From positions 1-64,000 of the forward strand of contig CAWAQU010000007.1 of assembly GCA_963784355.1 (NCBI GenBank): a stretch of 64,000 nucleotides of DNA, in the 5' to 3' direction. The notes beneath the pieces are model-generated. The model made no database searches, had not been told where the DNA came from, and saw nothing but the letters and a program-made list of their open reading frames with translations. A program made the position numbers and the translations under genes. The first letter of the stretch is position 1. Each line of letters starts with the position of its first letter. Below, piece after piece: positions 52,003 to 61,870 of the stretch. Origin of the DNA: an uncultured bacterium (GTDB lineage Bacteria; Patescibacteriota; JACMRA01).

Positions 52003-52431
52003 CTAAACAAAAGTATTGTGATTCTCTAACAGCTCAGTAATTAACTCAAAAACGCTAGAAAGCATAGTTAAAACAGCTACTTTTTTGCTATATTCCTGCA
52101 TTTTTCTATTATTGTTATTTCCAATAAGGTCATAATATTTGGTTGTGAAATGTTGAAACCAAAGTGCCACTTCCGAAATTTCAAATTGAAAGTTAATAAT
52201 TTGGTCGCCTACATTTATTAAATTTTTATACTTTTCTAAAATATTCTTTAGATCATCAAATTCTTGGTCTGAATTAAGAACTATTTTGAATTCATTTAAA
52301 TTGTTTAATATATTATTGATATATAAGTCTGTCTGTTTAATTAGATCCAAATAATATTTTTTTTCTTCTAATTTATCAATATGCATTTTTTCTAGCTTTT
52401 TTTTACTTGGCATTAAAAATTCTTCTGGCAT
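52003..52431 (-). CDS. Hypothetical helical protein
   Basis: 142-aa very AT-rich ORF. Confidence 0.5.
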   Translation of the reverse strand: MPEEFLMPSKKKLEKMHIDKLEEKKYYLDLIKQTDLYINNILNNLNEFKIVLNSDQEFDDLKNILEKYKNLINVGDQIINFQFEISEVALWFQHFTTKYYDLIGNNNNRKMQEYSKKVAVLTMLSSVFELITELLENHNTFV

Positions 52432-52438
52432 AACTAAT

Positions 52439-52906
52439 TCAATTATTTAATTTTCTAATATTGTTTATAAATGTATAGTTTATAACTAAATATTCATTCA
52501 ATATATTTCCCAAATTTATTTTGTCACTATCTGTAAAAGTTTTTATATTTAGTATTATATCCTTAATTAATACAATATCTTTTATTAGTGTTTTTGCTTG
52601 TTCTTTTAGTTCTTCAATTTCATTAGAGGGCTTTTTATCTAAGTCAGATTCAGTGCTTATTAAAATCTGTTCTATGTTATAGCTATAGTTATTAATCTTA
52701 TCTGCGATTTGTTGATATTTGTAAGATTGGGAATTCAGAAAATTTTCAATAAAAATGGAGATCTCATAAATTTTGGATGCGTTACACTTAATTTTCTGTT
52801 TTAGTGTTTTTTTGCCAACTTCAGATTCATGGTCAAAATGTACTAAATTATTATAATGTCCCATTTGAATTGTAAATTTTAGTCGTTTTTCTTCACTCAT
52901 AATCAA
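52439..52906 (-). CDS. Hypothetical helical protein
   Basis: 155-aa very AT-rich ORF, 7 bp from the next gene. Confidence 0.5.
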   Translation of the reverse strand: MIMSEEKRLKFTIQMGHYNNLVHFDHESEVGKKTLKQKIKCNASKIYEISIFIENFLNSQSYKYQQIADKINNYSYNIEQILISTESDLDKKPSNEIEELKEQAKTLIKDIVLIKDIILNIKTFTDSDKINLGNILNEYLVINYTFINNIRKLNN

Positions 52907-53119
52907 TTTATGTATTAAACTAAATGTAAACTATCAAATAGCAGAATTTAAATTAATAGTCAAATAAAAAGTTTCGAGATCTTTCAATTATTACTGTGTT
53001 ACATTATTGTAAGGGTTTAAACACTGCAAAGTATTAAAATTTTATAGAGAAGCTTATTCATCCAAGAACGGTTTGACTAATTTACAAACTTAGCTCAGGT
53101 ATTATAAATATACAATCAG

Positions 53120-53905
53120 ATGGCTACAGTAATATCAATTACAAATCAAAAGGGTGGGGTAGGTAAGACTACAAGCGCTGTAAACTTGGGCGCTGCTTTG
53201 TCTAGAATGAATTATAGAGTTTTGATAATTGATTTTGACCCTCAAGGGCACAGTGGAGAGCATTTAGGTGTTAAAATTATGAATGATCCTGCTTCTGGGC
53301 AAGTTACAATATTGGAGGCTTTAATGGGTTACAAGCCTAGTTTAAGTTGCATATATAATACCTACATGCCTAATCTTTGGATTATCCCCTCAAATCTGAA
53401 ATTAGGACAGTTTAATCAAAATTTACCTGCGGGTCTGCAATTTAATCTCAAAAACATTTTAACAAAAGATTTGCTAGATAAATTTGATTTTATACTAATT
53501 GATTGCCAGCCATCTTTATCTTTACTTACTTTAAATGCTCTTACAGCCTGTGATTACGTGATTTTGCCGGTACAATCTGAGTTCTTAGCACTTGATGGAC
53601 TGATGCAACTTGTAGTTACGTTAAAGGAAATCCAAACTAAACTTCACCCCAAATTAAAAGTATTGGGTATCCTACTTACTATGTTTGATCGGAGAAACCG
53701 GCTTAGTGGAGAAGTTAAGCAGGAACTAGAGAAAAATTTTGGTCAGGATTTATTTCAAGTATCAATTCCAAGAACCGTAAAATTAGCAGAAAGCCCTTCT
53801 TTTGGAAAAGCTATATTTGATTATGATCCAAGTTCTTCGGGAGCTGAAGCCTATGCCTATTTAGCAAAAGAGGTACTGATCAAACTTGGAATGATGCTCA
53901 GGTAA
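53120..53905 (+). CDS. parA: ParA/Soj ATPase
   Basis: NQKGGVGKTT, DFDPQG, IDCQPSL, LAESPSFG. Confidence 0.94.
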   Translation: MATVISITNQKGGVGKTTSAVNLGAALSRMNYRVLIIDFDPQGHSGEHLGVKIMNDPASGQVTILEALMGYKPSLSCIYNTYMPNLWIIPSNLKLGQFNQNLPAGLQFNLKNILTKDLLDKFDFILIDCQPSLSLLTLNALTACDYVILPVQSEFLALDGLMQLVVTLKEIQTKLHPKLKVLGILLTMFDRRNRLSGEVKQELEKNFGQDLFQVSIPRTVKLAESPSFGKAIFDYDPSSSGAEAYAYLAKEVLIKLGMMLR

Positions 53906-53928
53906 AATTTTTAAAAGCTTTGATTTTC

Positions 53929-54999
53929 CTAATTTAAATTTTCAAGTACTGACTGGGCTTCAATTTTTTTGATCTGCTCTATAACTTCGTAAATTCCTCC
54001 ATCCATGATAACAGGTAATTGATTCCAGTTTTGGTTGTATCTATGATCAGTCAATCTATCTTGAGGAAAATTATAAGTACGGATTTTTTCGCTTCGATCT
54101 GCTTTACCTACCTGTTCACGTCTTGCTGCACCTTCTTTGGCTAGCCTCTCTTGTTCATAAAAATCAAACACACGGCTGGTCAGTACTTGTAGGGCTCTGA
54201 TTTTATTTTGCTGCTGATTTCTTTCATCTTGACTCTGAGCTTCTATTCCAGTTGGTATGTGCTTTACTTTAATCGCTGAGTAGGTAGTATTTACACTTTG
54301 TCCTCCGGCACCTTGACTGGTAGAAGCTGTTACCTCCACCTCCTTCATGTCTAGTTTGAAATCATTATTACTTTCTTCAAATAATGGTAAAACCGCTACA
54401 GAAACCGTAGAAGTGTGGATCCTACCTTGTTTTTCGGTAGATGGCACTCTTTGTACTCTATGTACGCCACCTTCATATTTGAACCAACTATATGCTCCAT
54501 TACCTCTAATTTCAGCAATTAATTCTTTGTAACCGCCTAATGAATTTTCACTAAATGAAATAATTTTTAACTTAAAGCCGATTTTTTCGCAAAGATAATT
54601 ATACATGCGGACCAAGTCTGCTGCAAATAATGCGCTTTCGTCGCCACCTGCACCTGCACGGATTTCCAAGAAAATGTCGTTATCATCGTGTGGATCCTTT
54701 GGTGCTAAAAAAGTGATTAATTTATCTTCAACTATGGCAAGTTCAGCCTGCTTTTCTTCATTATCAAGCTTTGTAAGTTCTGATAGTTCTTGATCAAGGC
54801 TAGAATCATTTAGTAAATCTTCATTTTCACTAATAGATTTTTCAAGGTGCTTAATCTTTTGGGCCAATACAAATTGGGATTGAAGAGTTTTTTGCTGTTT
54901 ACCCAGTTTCATTAGATCCTCAGTGGCATTAATACCGGAAAGGGTTTCATTTATTTCTTCATACTGTTGAATGATCTGTTCTATAGGTAGCTTAGACAT
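53929..54999 (-). CDS. prfA: Peptide chain release factor 1
   Basis: PxT recognition motif (QRVPSTE), GAGGQ, RSEKIRTYNFPQDR. Confidence 0.95.
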   Translation of the reverse strand: MSKLPIEQIIQQYEEINETLSGINATEDLMKLGKQQKTLQSQFVLAQKIKHLEKSISENEDLLNDSSLDQELSELTKLDNEEKQAELAIVEDKLITFLAPKDPHDDNDIFLEIRAGAGGDESALFAADLVRMYNYLCEKIGFKLKIISFSENSLGGYKELIAEIRGNGAYSWFKYEGGVHRVQRVPSTEKQGRIHTSTVSVAVLPLFEESNNDFKLDMKEVEVTASTSQGAGGQSVNTTYSAIKVKHIPTGIEAQSQDERNQQQNKIRALQVLTSRVFDFYEQERLAKEGAARREQVGKADRSEKIRTYNFPQDRLTDHRYNQNWNQLPVIMDGGIYEVIEQIKKIEAQSVLENLN

Positions 55000-55023
55000 G
55001 GGATTGTGTTTGGGGTTGTGGAG

Positions 55024-55587
55024 CTAGTTATTCACTCTTTCTACATATTCATCTTCAATGGTATTGATAAGAACTTTTTCTCCTTCCTTAATAAAAGCTG
55101 GTACTTTCACAATTTTGCCTGTTTCAATAGTAGCGTCTTTAAGTACACCACTAACTGTATTTCCTCTTGCTACATCGTCTGTTTGGATAATCTTATAAGC
55201 AATTTTAATTGGTAAATCAATACTTATAGCGTTATCATTAAAATACTGAATAGCTACTTCAAGCCCTTCTCTTAAATAACCTGCTTTTTCATCAAGCATA
55301 TCTGCAGGCAAGTCAATTGTTTCATAGGATGACGTGAGCATAAAACTTAGAACGTCACCTGTTTGGTACATAAAAGTTGCTACTTCTCTTCTAAGATCGG
55401 CCTCTTCTACATTTTCGCCGGATTTAAAAGAATATTCTACATTGTTGCCTGTAATTAAGTTCTTCAAGATACATTTTTTTACGGGTTTTCTTTGTTGCAT
55501 TCTCAAAAAATCACATTTGGTTATTACACATGGTTGACCGTTATATTGGACGACCTTACCCAACTTAATTTCGGAAAAATCTAACAT
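55024..55587 (-). CDS. efp: Elongation factor P
   Basis: KNLITG, FKSGE.VEEA, GNT..G..K.ATIETG...VPAFIKEGE...INT...YVER. Confidence 0.93.
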   Translation of the reverse strand: MLDFSEIKLGKVVQYNGQPCVITKCDFLRMQQRKPVKKCILKNLITGNNVEYSFKSGENVEEADLRREVATFMYQTGDVLSFMLTSSYETIDLPADMLDEKAGYLREGLEVAIQYFNDNAISIDLPIKIAYKIIQTDDVARGNTVSGVLKDATIETGKIVKVPAFIKEGEKVLINTIEDEYVERVNN

Positions 55588-55609
55588 AAAACTTGCATTC
55601 AATTAATGG

Positions 55610-56032
55610 TTGACAATATCAAGCGTACGGAGCAATCTCTATTTAGTCAAGTTTATGGATTCAGTGGAGTACACATTGATGTTGCAGCGTATTTTATTTC
55701 TTTTGTTTGGGGCAAGTTTTGTGGGCTTAGCTTGCGTGTTAGTCTTTTTGAATCCTTTTCAAAGTGGATTATACATAATTTTATTTTTACTGGGAAGTGT
55801 ATTGTTTTTATTTAGTGCCGCTAATTTGCTAATTTTTTGGTGGATCTATTCGATAAAAAAAGTTATTTTGACAATAGTTCAGGTGAATCGTATTGTGTAC
55901 CAAGGCTTGATATCGAGTCTAGTAGCTATATTTTATTTGATAATGTATCAGACTGGCGCATTAAATATCTGGTCCGGTGCAATAGTTTTTATTGTTTATT
56001 TTTTGTACGAACTATGGATAAATTCCGGTTAA
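55610..56032 (+). CDS. Hypothetical 4-TM membrane protein (start uncertain)
   Basis: Four hydrophobic segments. Confidence 0.6.
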   Translation: MTISSVRSNLYLVKFMDSVEYTLMLQRILFLLFGASFVGLACVLVFLNPFQSGLYIILFLLGSVLFLFSAANLLIFWWIYSIKKVILTIVQVNRIVYQGLISSLVAIFYLIMYQTGALNIWSGAIVFIVYFLYELWINSG

Positions 56033-56035
56033 CTT

Positions 56036-56713
56036 ATGGCTTTAAATCAACCAAATCAATATCAACCAAATCCCTTTAATTATGTCTATCAAACACGGGA
56101 ACGCCGTAGGCCCATAAATTTACTCGAGTGGGCTCTTATATGTGTATCGATTCTAAGTCTTGTAGGAATTTTTTGGTGGGGATTTAATAATCAAGAAACA
56201 AAAAATAGAGATAATCAAAGATTGCATGATATAAATCAGATTACCATTGCTTTAGAAGAGTTTTATAAAAATAGTAATATTGTTCCAAGTAATAGATCAT
56301 ATCCAAAAGCAAAATGTTCTGAATCATTAAATGAAGTGGACTACGAAGATACTCTAAGAAGAGCTTTAACCGGAAATGCAAAGGAGCTTGATACGCACGT
56401 GTATATAAATCCAAATGATTTTCCTATAGATCAGTGGGGATCGTACTCAGTTACTTTTGGAGAAAGGGTAGTACCATATAGATGTACTGAAAAATTGAGT
56501 TTAAAATCTTCACCTGAAGGAGTAACAAAAATCTACAATGACAGTTTTCCAAGCTGCAATTTTAGTTCAACCAAAAGGTACTATAAGTGTTATATTTACA
56601 CTAGTAGTAATAATGGTGATACTTTTAAAATTGGGTACTATCAGGAATCATCGAACAATTTTATTATTTATAAAAAGTTTAGGGATGATAAAATTCAAGT
56701 TGAAATCAATTGA
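56036..56713 (+). CDS. Type IV pilin/GspG-like pseudopilin
   Basis: RRRP/INLLE hydrophobic N-helix, RDNQRLHDINQITIALEEFY, Cys pairs. Confidence 0.7.
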   Translation: MALNQPNQYQPNPFNYVYQTRERRRPINLLEWALICVSILSLVGIFWWGFNNQETKNRDNQRLHDINQITIALEEFYKNSNIVPSNRSYPKAKCSESLNEVDYEDTLRRALTGNAKELDTHVYINPNDFPIDQWGSYSVTFGERVVPYRCTEKLSLKSSPEGVTKIYNDSFPSCNFSSTKRYYKCYIYTSSNNGDTFKIGYYQESSNNFIIYKKFRDDKIQVEIN

Positions 56714-56734
56714 TAATACAATAATTTATTAATC

Positions 56735-57454
56735 TTAAGCAGATTGGTTTGTAATTTCAGGCTTTAAACTTATGATAGCAAGGAACATGGCCGCTTCAAA
56801 CAATAAACCAATTATTAAAACAAATATAAACCAGCTTAAGATATCTTGAGAACCGAATAATGCAGTAAGTACAATAATTGCAAAATATATCTCTTTTCTC
56901 TTTGACTTTAAAGTACTGGCTGAAACAATTTTCATTTTAATAAGACCAAATACAACTGTAGGTATTTGAAAAAACAAAATTGTGAATAGTGCGAGTGAAA
57001 AAACAAAGTTAGAGTATTCTGTTGAGGTAATTAAAAAACTAGTATTTTTGGGAGCGAAGTTGATTAAAAAGTCAAATGTGCTAGGAATTAAAGAAAAATA
57101 TGCATAGACCAGTGCTATAACTGTAAGGATTAGAGTACTTCCGCTATAATAATAAATTAACTTTTTTTCTTTTTCATTAAGTGCTTGAGCAATATAGCCC
57201 CAAAATATACTTACCAGAATAGGTAGAGTTATAATAGCGCCGGACAATACAACAACTTTAATCACAAAATTAAAGCTATCAGCCGGGGACAAAAAGTGAA
57301 GACTAAGGCCTTTACTTCTTAATGGCATTGTAAAAATATCTATCAGTCTATCAGTATTAAAAGCAGCTATTAGGCTACCAAGTCCCCAAACTATAGCTAT
57401 TTTTATTATTATTTTTTTTAAATCGTTTATATGCTCCCAAATATTTTCAGCCAT
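56735..57454 (-). CDS. tatC: Twin-arginine translocase TatC (divergent)
   Basis: WEHINDLK, SPADSF..VIKV, WGYIAQALNEKEK, FQIP, LKSKRK, LFE; six TMs. Confidence 0.88.
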   Translation of the reverse strand: MAENIWEHINDLKKIIIKIAIVWGLGSLIAAFNTDRLIDIFTMPLRSKGLSLHFLSPADSFNFVIKVVVLSGAIITLPILVSIFWGYIAQALNEKEKKLIYYYSGSTLILTVIALVYAYFSLIPSTFDFLINFAPKNTSFLITSTEYSNFVFSLALFTILFFQIPTVVFGLIKMKIVSASTLKSKRKEIYFAIIVLTALFGSQDILSWFIFVLIIGLLFEAAMFLAIISLKPEITNQSA

Positions 57455-57669
57455 ATTGTGGTTATAATGTTAAATCACCTTTTCTAACTATCACGGTTTA
57501 CTTATGTTTACTACAGTAATAATTTTGAAAGAAATACTCAATGATGCAATTAAGCAAAATACTTACAATCCAGGATGTTACCTTAGGGGCTTTGATGTCT
57601 ATACCACTATCTTGATATACATATCTGTAGCCCCCAAATGGTTCACCTGGAATAATAAATAAGTTGAAT

Positions 57670-60069
57670 TTATAATCCTGCTTTATCCAGACGACCCTGT
57701 AATGCTTCAATAACCTGGTCTTGTTTTTCTAACAAACTCTTCTGTTCCTTTACTGCCTCGACTAAAGCTCCAACCAAACCATTGTAATTAACTGATTTAG
57801 TTTGATCTTTATCAGCTGCTGTTTTAACTGCTTCTGGAAATATTTTTTCTACGTCTTGAGCTAAGAGTCCGATTTGAGTAGATGTATCTTCACCATGATT
57901 TTCAGGATTTTTCCAGGTGTAGGTTACTCCTTTAAGAGAAGCAATTTTATCTAAGGCTGAAGTAATTGGTTTGATATTAGTTTTTAGCCTTTCATCAGAG
58001 TTTGGAGTAATAGTTCCAGTAGCTAAAATATTACCTACTACGTGAAGTTTTTCGGTAGGAGCCTCAGTTCCAATACCAAATTTTCCATCTGGAGTAATTG
58101 TAGGTTGCGCGCGCAGGTAAATAATACGAGAAGACGTTCCCCAGCTTACTCCTGGTCCTAACTCTGGTGCGTGCCAAGCTACATATAAGGGTTGTCCTGC
58201 TGAATTCCAACCTGTTGCATATTTTGTAATTGCAATATCTCTTACTGAATTAGCAGCTTTTTGGAATTTACACCATACCTCATAAAGGTTAGATGTATTG
58301 GTTTGACCATTACAAGTAACAATATCTTCAGTAGATTCAAACTCACAACCATAAAAGGTGATTGATCCACCCCAAGCTGTAAACAATGCAGCTTTATCCG
58401 ATCTAGGAGATAGGGGGCGAGTATCGTTAGCACTTTCAACTACCTTCACACTTTCTAAATTAAAATATGCATAATCCCTTACCAGTACTCTAGAAACCTC
58501 CCGGTAAATTCCATTAAGGGAGCCAACATATTGTTGCATATCAAATGTGTAAGTTGCATTCTTAGTCATTTTGATTACAGGCATGGATCCACTTTGCTCA
58601 GGATTTTTCCTAATGTACAAATATTGTTCAGGAGATAAATCAACAAAAGTATTCCAGGTGTACTCAGAATTAGTTTTTAAATACACTGTTAGTATAGCAT
58701 ATTTTTTTAAAAGCTTATTGATTTGTAAACCGAGATCCGTAGCTGTATCGTTAATAATTACTAATTTACTAGCCCATCTGGATTTGAGAAAATCAGCACT
58801 ACTATTTAGGCTAACAATAGGAGCTCTTCCTTTAGTAATACTTGCCAAGTTGCCTATATCAATATTTGCTTCACTGCTGATACCAATAGGGCTCATGATG
58901 CCACTGTATGAAGTTTGGGAACTATAGGAATTACTATCATCCCATATCGTCAGACCGTTATTTGATTTATATATCTTATATTGGGTACCGGCTGGAATAT
59001 TTTGCTGGTAATTAAAAGGAGAATCAACGATAACTTCAGTATCAGAGTTAATACTCACAATACGGCGCGTGGAATAGATTACCCCTGCATCAGTAACTTT
59101 TGCTCCAGGACTAGTAAACCATGGAGTAGTATCTGTGTTTAATAGTACTTCTATAGTATCACCAATTTCTACTTCGCTTAAAAATTTAGTACCTGCACCA
59201 ATGACTTTTTCCCATGATGTACTTACTGTACCAGAGACGTTAGGATTACTTTCAAGATTGAATTCCAATCCACTATTAGATACAGGCTCTCCAACAGATA
59301 AATTACCTGATGCACCAACAACAACTTTGCTTTTACCGTCAAATCCTTCAAATCCAGCAACAATGCCGGTATAGGTAAAGGCTCTGGCAGTACTATATCC
59401 ATTTGGAATATATTCATAGGCTGAGTTAGTTACATTTAAATTCCACTCACTTTGTTTATCGGATCCGTAATTACCAATCAAGCCGCGTGACATTTGCCCT
59501 GTACTTCCATTTAAGGAAATAAGTTGGGTAGTTTGATTAGAGATTACTATTAAATAACCAGCTTTTAATTGATTAAGATTATTGCCACTGATGTCTGCAC
59601 CACTTGTAGTAATTGTACCAGGTCCTGTAGCTTTGGTGCCATAAAATGGTTGATTAATAAAAGCTTCAGTGTTACTAATCACTTTTGTAATAATTCTAGA
59701 CTGTCCACCAGAGGTGATTACTGCTCCAGGCTGCAATTCTTCAACAAACTTTGTGCCCGTACCAATCAGTTTGATATCATCAGAAGTAACTTGTCCTGTT
59801 CCAGTACGCTGGTTTTGGATACTTTCCGCACGTTTTGTTGAATCAAAATTAACCCACTGGGTTCCGCTCCAGCGTTCAATCTTTCCAGTGTCGGAATTTA
59901 TTCCAGTAAGACCTTCGTTATCGGCTCCAAGTCCGGTTGGCCTATTAGTAATTGACCAGATGTTGATACCACCTTTATTTGGATCACTAATTTGTTTTAA
60001 ATAATCGTTTAAGATTTGTCCCCAGTTTCCATTGTCTTGACCGGGAATTGGTAAGCGTTTTGTTGGCAT
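57670..60069 (-). CDS. Tail-fibre-like trimeric protein with a C-terminal peptidase S74 intramolecular chaperone
   Basis: N-terminal RLPIPGQDNGNWGQILNDYL. GTGTKF/GAGTKF repeats. GIGTEAP.EKLHV.G. SDERLKTNI...GLLAQDVE..FPE.V...VNY plus coiled coil. Confidence 0.88.
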   Translation of the reverse strand: MPTKRLPIPGQDNGNWGQILNDYLKQISDPNKGGINIWSITNRPTGLGADNEGLTGINSDTGKIERWSGTQWVNFDSTKRAESIQNQRTGTGQVTSDDIKLIGTGTKFVEELQPGAVITSGGQSRIITKVISNTEAFINQPFYGTKATGPGTITTSGADISGNNLNQLKAGYLIVISNQTTQLISLNGSTGQMSRGLIGNYGSDKQSEWNLNVTNSAYEYIPNGYSTARAFTYTGIVAGFEGFDGKSKVVVGASGNLSVGEPVSNSGLEFNLESNPNVSGTVSTSWEKVIGAGTKFLSEVEIGDTIEVLLNTDTTPWFTSPGAKVTDAGVIYSTRRIVSINSDTEVIVDSPFNYQQNIPAGTQYKIYKSNNGLTIWDDSNSYSSQTSYSGIMSPIGISSEANIDIGNLASITKGRAPIVSLNSSADFLKSRWASKLVIINDTATDLGLQINKLLKKYAILTVYLKTNSEYTWNTFVDLSPEQYLYIRKNPEQSGSMPVIKMTKNATYTFDMQQYVGSLNGIYREVSRVLVRDYAYFNLESVKVVESANDTRPLSPRSDKAALFTAWGGSITFYGCEFESTEDIVTCNGQTNTSNLYEVWCKFQKAANSVRDIAITKYATGWNSAGQPLYVAWHAPELGPGVSWGTSSRIIYLRAQPTITPDGKFGIGTEAPTEKLHVVGNILATGTITPNSDERLKTNIKPITSALDKIASLKGVTYTWKNPENHGEDTSTQIGLLAQDVEKIFPEAVKTAADKDQTKSVNYNGLVGALVEAVKEQKSLLEKQDQVIEALQGRLDKAGL

Positions 60070-60725
60070 ATATAATATATATTTTTTATATTTGTTTAAT
60101 TAATTATATACTACTTTTTTAAAGTGTGCAAGTCATAATTAAGATTTTATATTAATAACAAATTTTAAAGCATTTAGTCTTCGATAAAGCCCGTAATACC
60201 TATATAAATAGCAAATAGATACAGGGCTAATTAGATAAATTTTATCTTAAACATAGTATACAAAATATTTCAACTTTGCTAAATTTTACATAAAATATTG
60301 TTATATTCTATTGAATAAATTTGATATTTAATTACAGATATAATTTTTGTAATTTCTTTTTACCTTATGTAAAATATTGTTATTTACCGGATGAATTTTT
60401 TAGGTATACTCGTCTAATAACAATTCCTGCCTCGATAGGGTTTTAGTTTGATTTAGGAATGGTTTATCCGCAGCTGAGTTTGACTAACAGCGATTGTACA
60501 TTTGGCCGATTTATTAGTAGTTCAGAATACGTGGTTGCTTGCAACGAGGTTAAAACTGTAAGTTTTTGTTTCCAAAGCTTGCTTTGGTGCTTTGATTAAA
60601 CTTATTATGTATTCGCTACCTTTTTATAAGAAAGATATTAAAATAAAATGACAGAGTGACCGTTGCAAAAGCTAAAGTTGTCTTTTATGCTAAATTTAAA
60701 ATTACAAATTACAAGCTAGACAAAA

Positions 60726-60750
60726 GAATACAACCCACGTGGGGTTGTAC
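60726..60750 (-). terminator. Hairpin downstream of the 60811-61569 gene
   Basis: TACAACCC-ACGTG-GGGTTGTA. Confidence 0.5.
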
Positions 60751-60810
60751 TTGCTTTACCTTATAACGATTTGTTATAAATTAGAAGATTATAAAAGAAT
60801 GAAAAAACTA

Positions 60811-61569
60811 TTACTTTATCTTTATATTGTTTACGCTTTTGTTCCTATTTTTTGACACAAAGAACATTATTCCAAGAACGCCTATAAATAACAAACCTAA
60901 TAATAATATTGACCCTCCTCCTGTCCTCACCGTATCTAATATGGGTTGAATTTTGGCAACATTAACTGTGCTAGCAGTATTTACTAACTCACCATTACCT
61001 AATTTAGCTTTTACAGGTATGGATTGTCCTGCAGTACTTCCTGTACTTACGTTAGTACATACAATATTGTTATTCTCAAGTGTGCAGTTATTACTTAAAT
61101 TTGCGTCACCTATTGATATTCTTAATGGATTGGATGGATCAAGTGTTTTACCTGCGGGTAATTGACCTGTACAAGTAGTCGTTGTATTTACTACTAAATT
61201 ACTACCACAAGTGAAAACTAGAGTTGAAAGGTCCGCATCAGTTATGTAAACATTGCAGTCTCTATTATAAAAACTTTGATTATATTGGCCACAGCCATAA
61301 CCAGAAATTACAGATTGATTGGCACCTGCATTTTCAAGTTGCTTGTAATAAAAAAATCCGCCAAAAGCTCCTAATATAATTGTTAGTAAAATGAAAAAGG
61401 AAACAGAAGTTTTATTCTTTTGCCAATATTGTTTCATTTTTGGAGTTAAGCTTAGGGCCTTTTGTTTCAACATATCAACAAAGAGTAAGGAAGTTGAATC
61501 TTTTTTTGACTTATTTTGGTTGCTTTTTAGCGATTTTTTTAAATCTCGCTTTGGATTTTCACTTTTCAT
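60811..61569 (-). CDS. Membrane protein with N-terminal TM, GYGCGQY motif, Cys-containing Ig-like domain and C-terminal VRTGG-TM-basic tail
   Basis: Two hydrophobic segments; DTVRTGG followed by TM and KNRNK resembles an LPxTG-type sorting signal. Confidence 0.7.
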   Translation of the reverse strand: MKSENPKRDLKKSLKSNQNKSKKDSTSLLFVDMLKQKALSLTPKMKQYWQKNKTSVSFFILLTIILGAFGGFFYYKQLENAGANQSVISGYGCGQYNQSFYNRDCNVYITDADLSTLVFTCGSNLVVNTTTTCTGQLPAGKTLDPSNPLRISIGDANLSNNCTLENNNIVCTNVSTGSTAGQSIPVKAKLGNGELVNTASTVNVAKIQPILDTVRTGGGSILLLGLLFIGVLGIMFFVSKNRNKSVNNIKIK

Positions 61570-61652
61570 AATAATTGCTTTTGTTTTTATTAACTATAAT
61601 AATCTTTAATTAATTTTAGTTGTGTATTTGATGAAGTGTTAAAAACTAAATA

Positions 61653-61847
61653 TTAATTTTTATCTTTATTTATAGTTTTCTCAGTATTACTGCCTAATGA
61701 TTCTTGAGTATCAGCAAGCTCTTTTTTAAAAGATTTAAATGCTTTACCTAAGCTTCCTGCTGTTTCTGGTAATTTATCTTTACCAAAGAATACTATAGCT
61801 AGAAAGCCTATAATTAGTAGTTCTGGTATACTTGGTCTTGGGAACAT
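61653..61847 (-). CDS. tatA: TatA (copy 2)
   Basis: PELLII..AIVFFGKDKLPETAGSLGKAFKSFKKE. Confidence 0.92.
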   Translation of the reverse strand: MFPRPSIPELLIIGFLAIVFFGKDKLPETAGSLGKAFKSFKKELADTQESLGSNTEKTINKDKN

Positions 61848-61870
61848 AATAAACACTTAATTAAATTATT

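Noticed and set aside
30684-53905. parB and parA as a plasmid or ICE partition cassette
   Set aside because: They are about 21 kb apart among core genes and look like chromosomal Spo0J/Soj
57498-57710. 70-aa ORF between the fibre gene and tatC
   Set aside because: Overlaps the fibre stop, non-ATG start, no recognisable motif
57670-60069. Prophage
   Set aside because: No other phage structural, packaging or integration genes in the window
60040-60069. Fibre N-terminal KR as its own Tat signal
   Set aside because: No FLK consensus and no hydrophobic h-region follow
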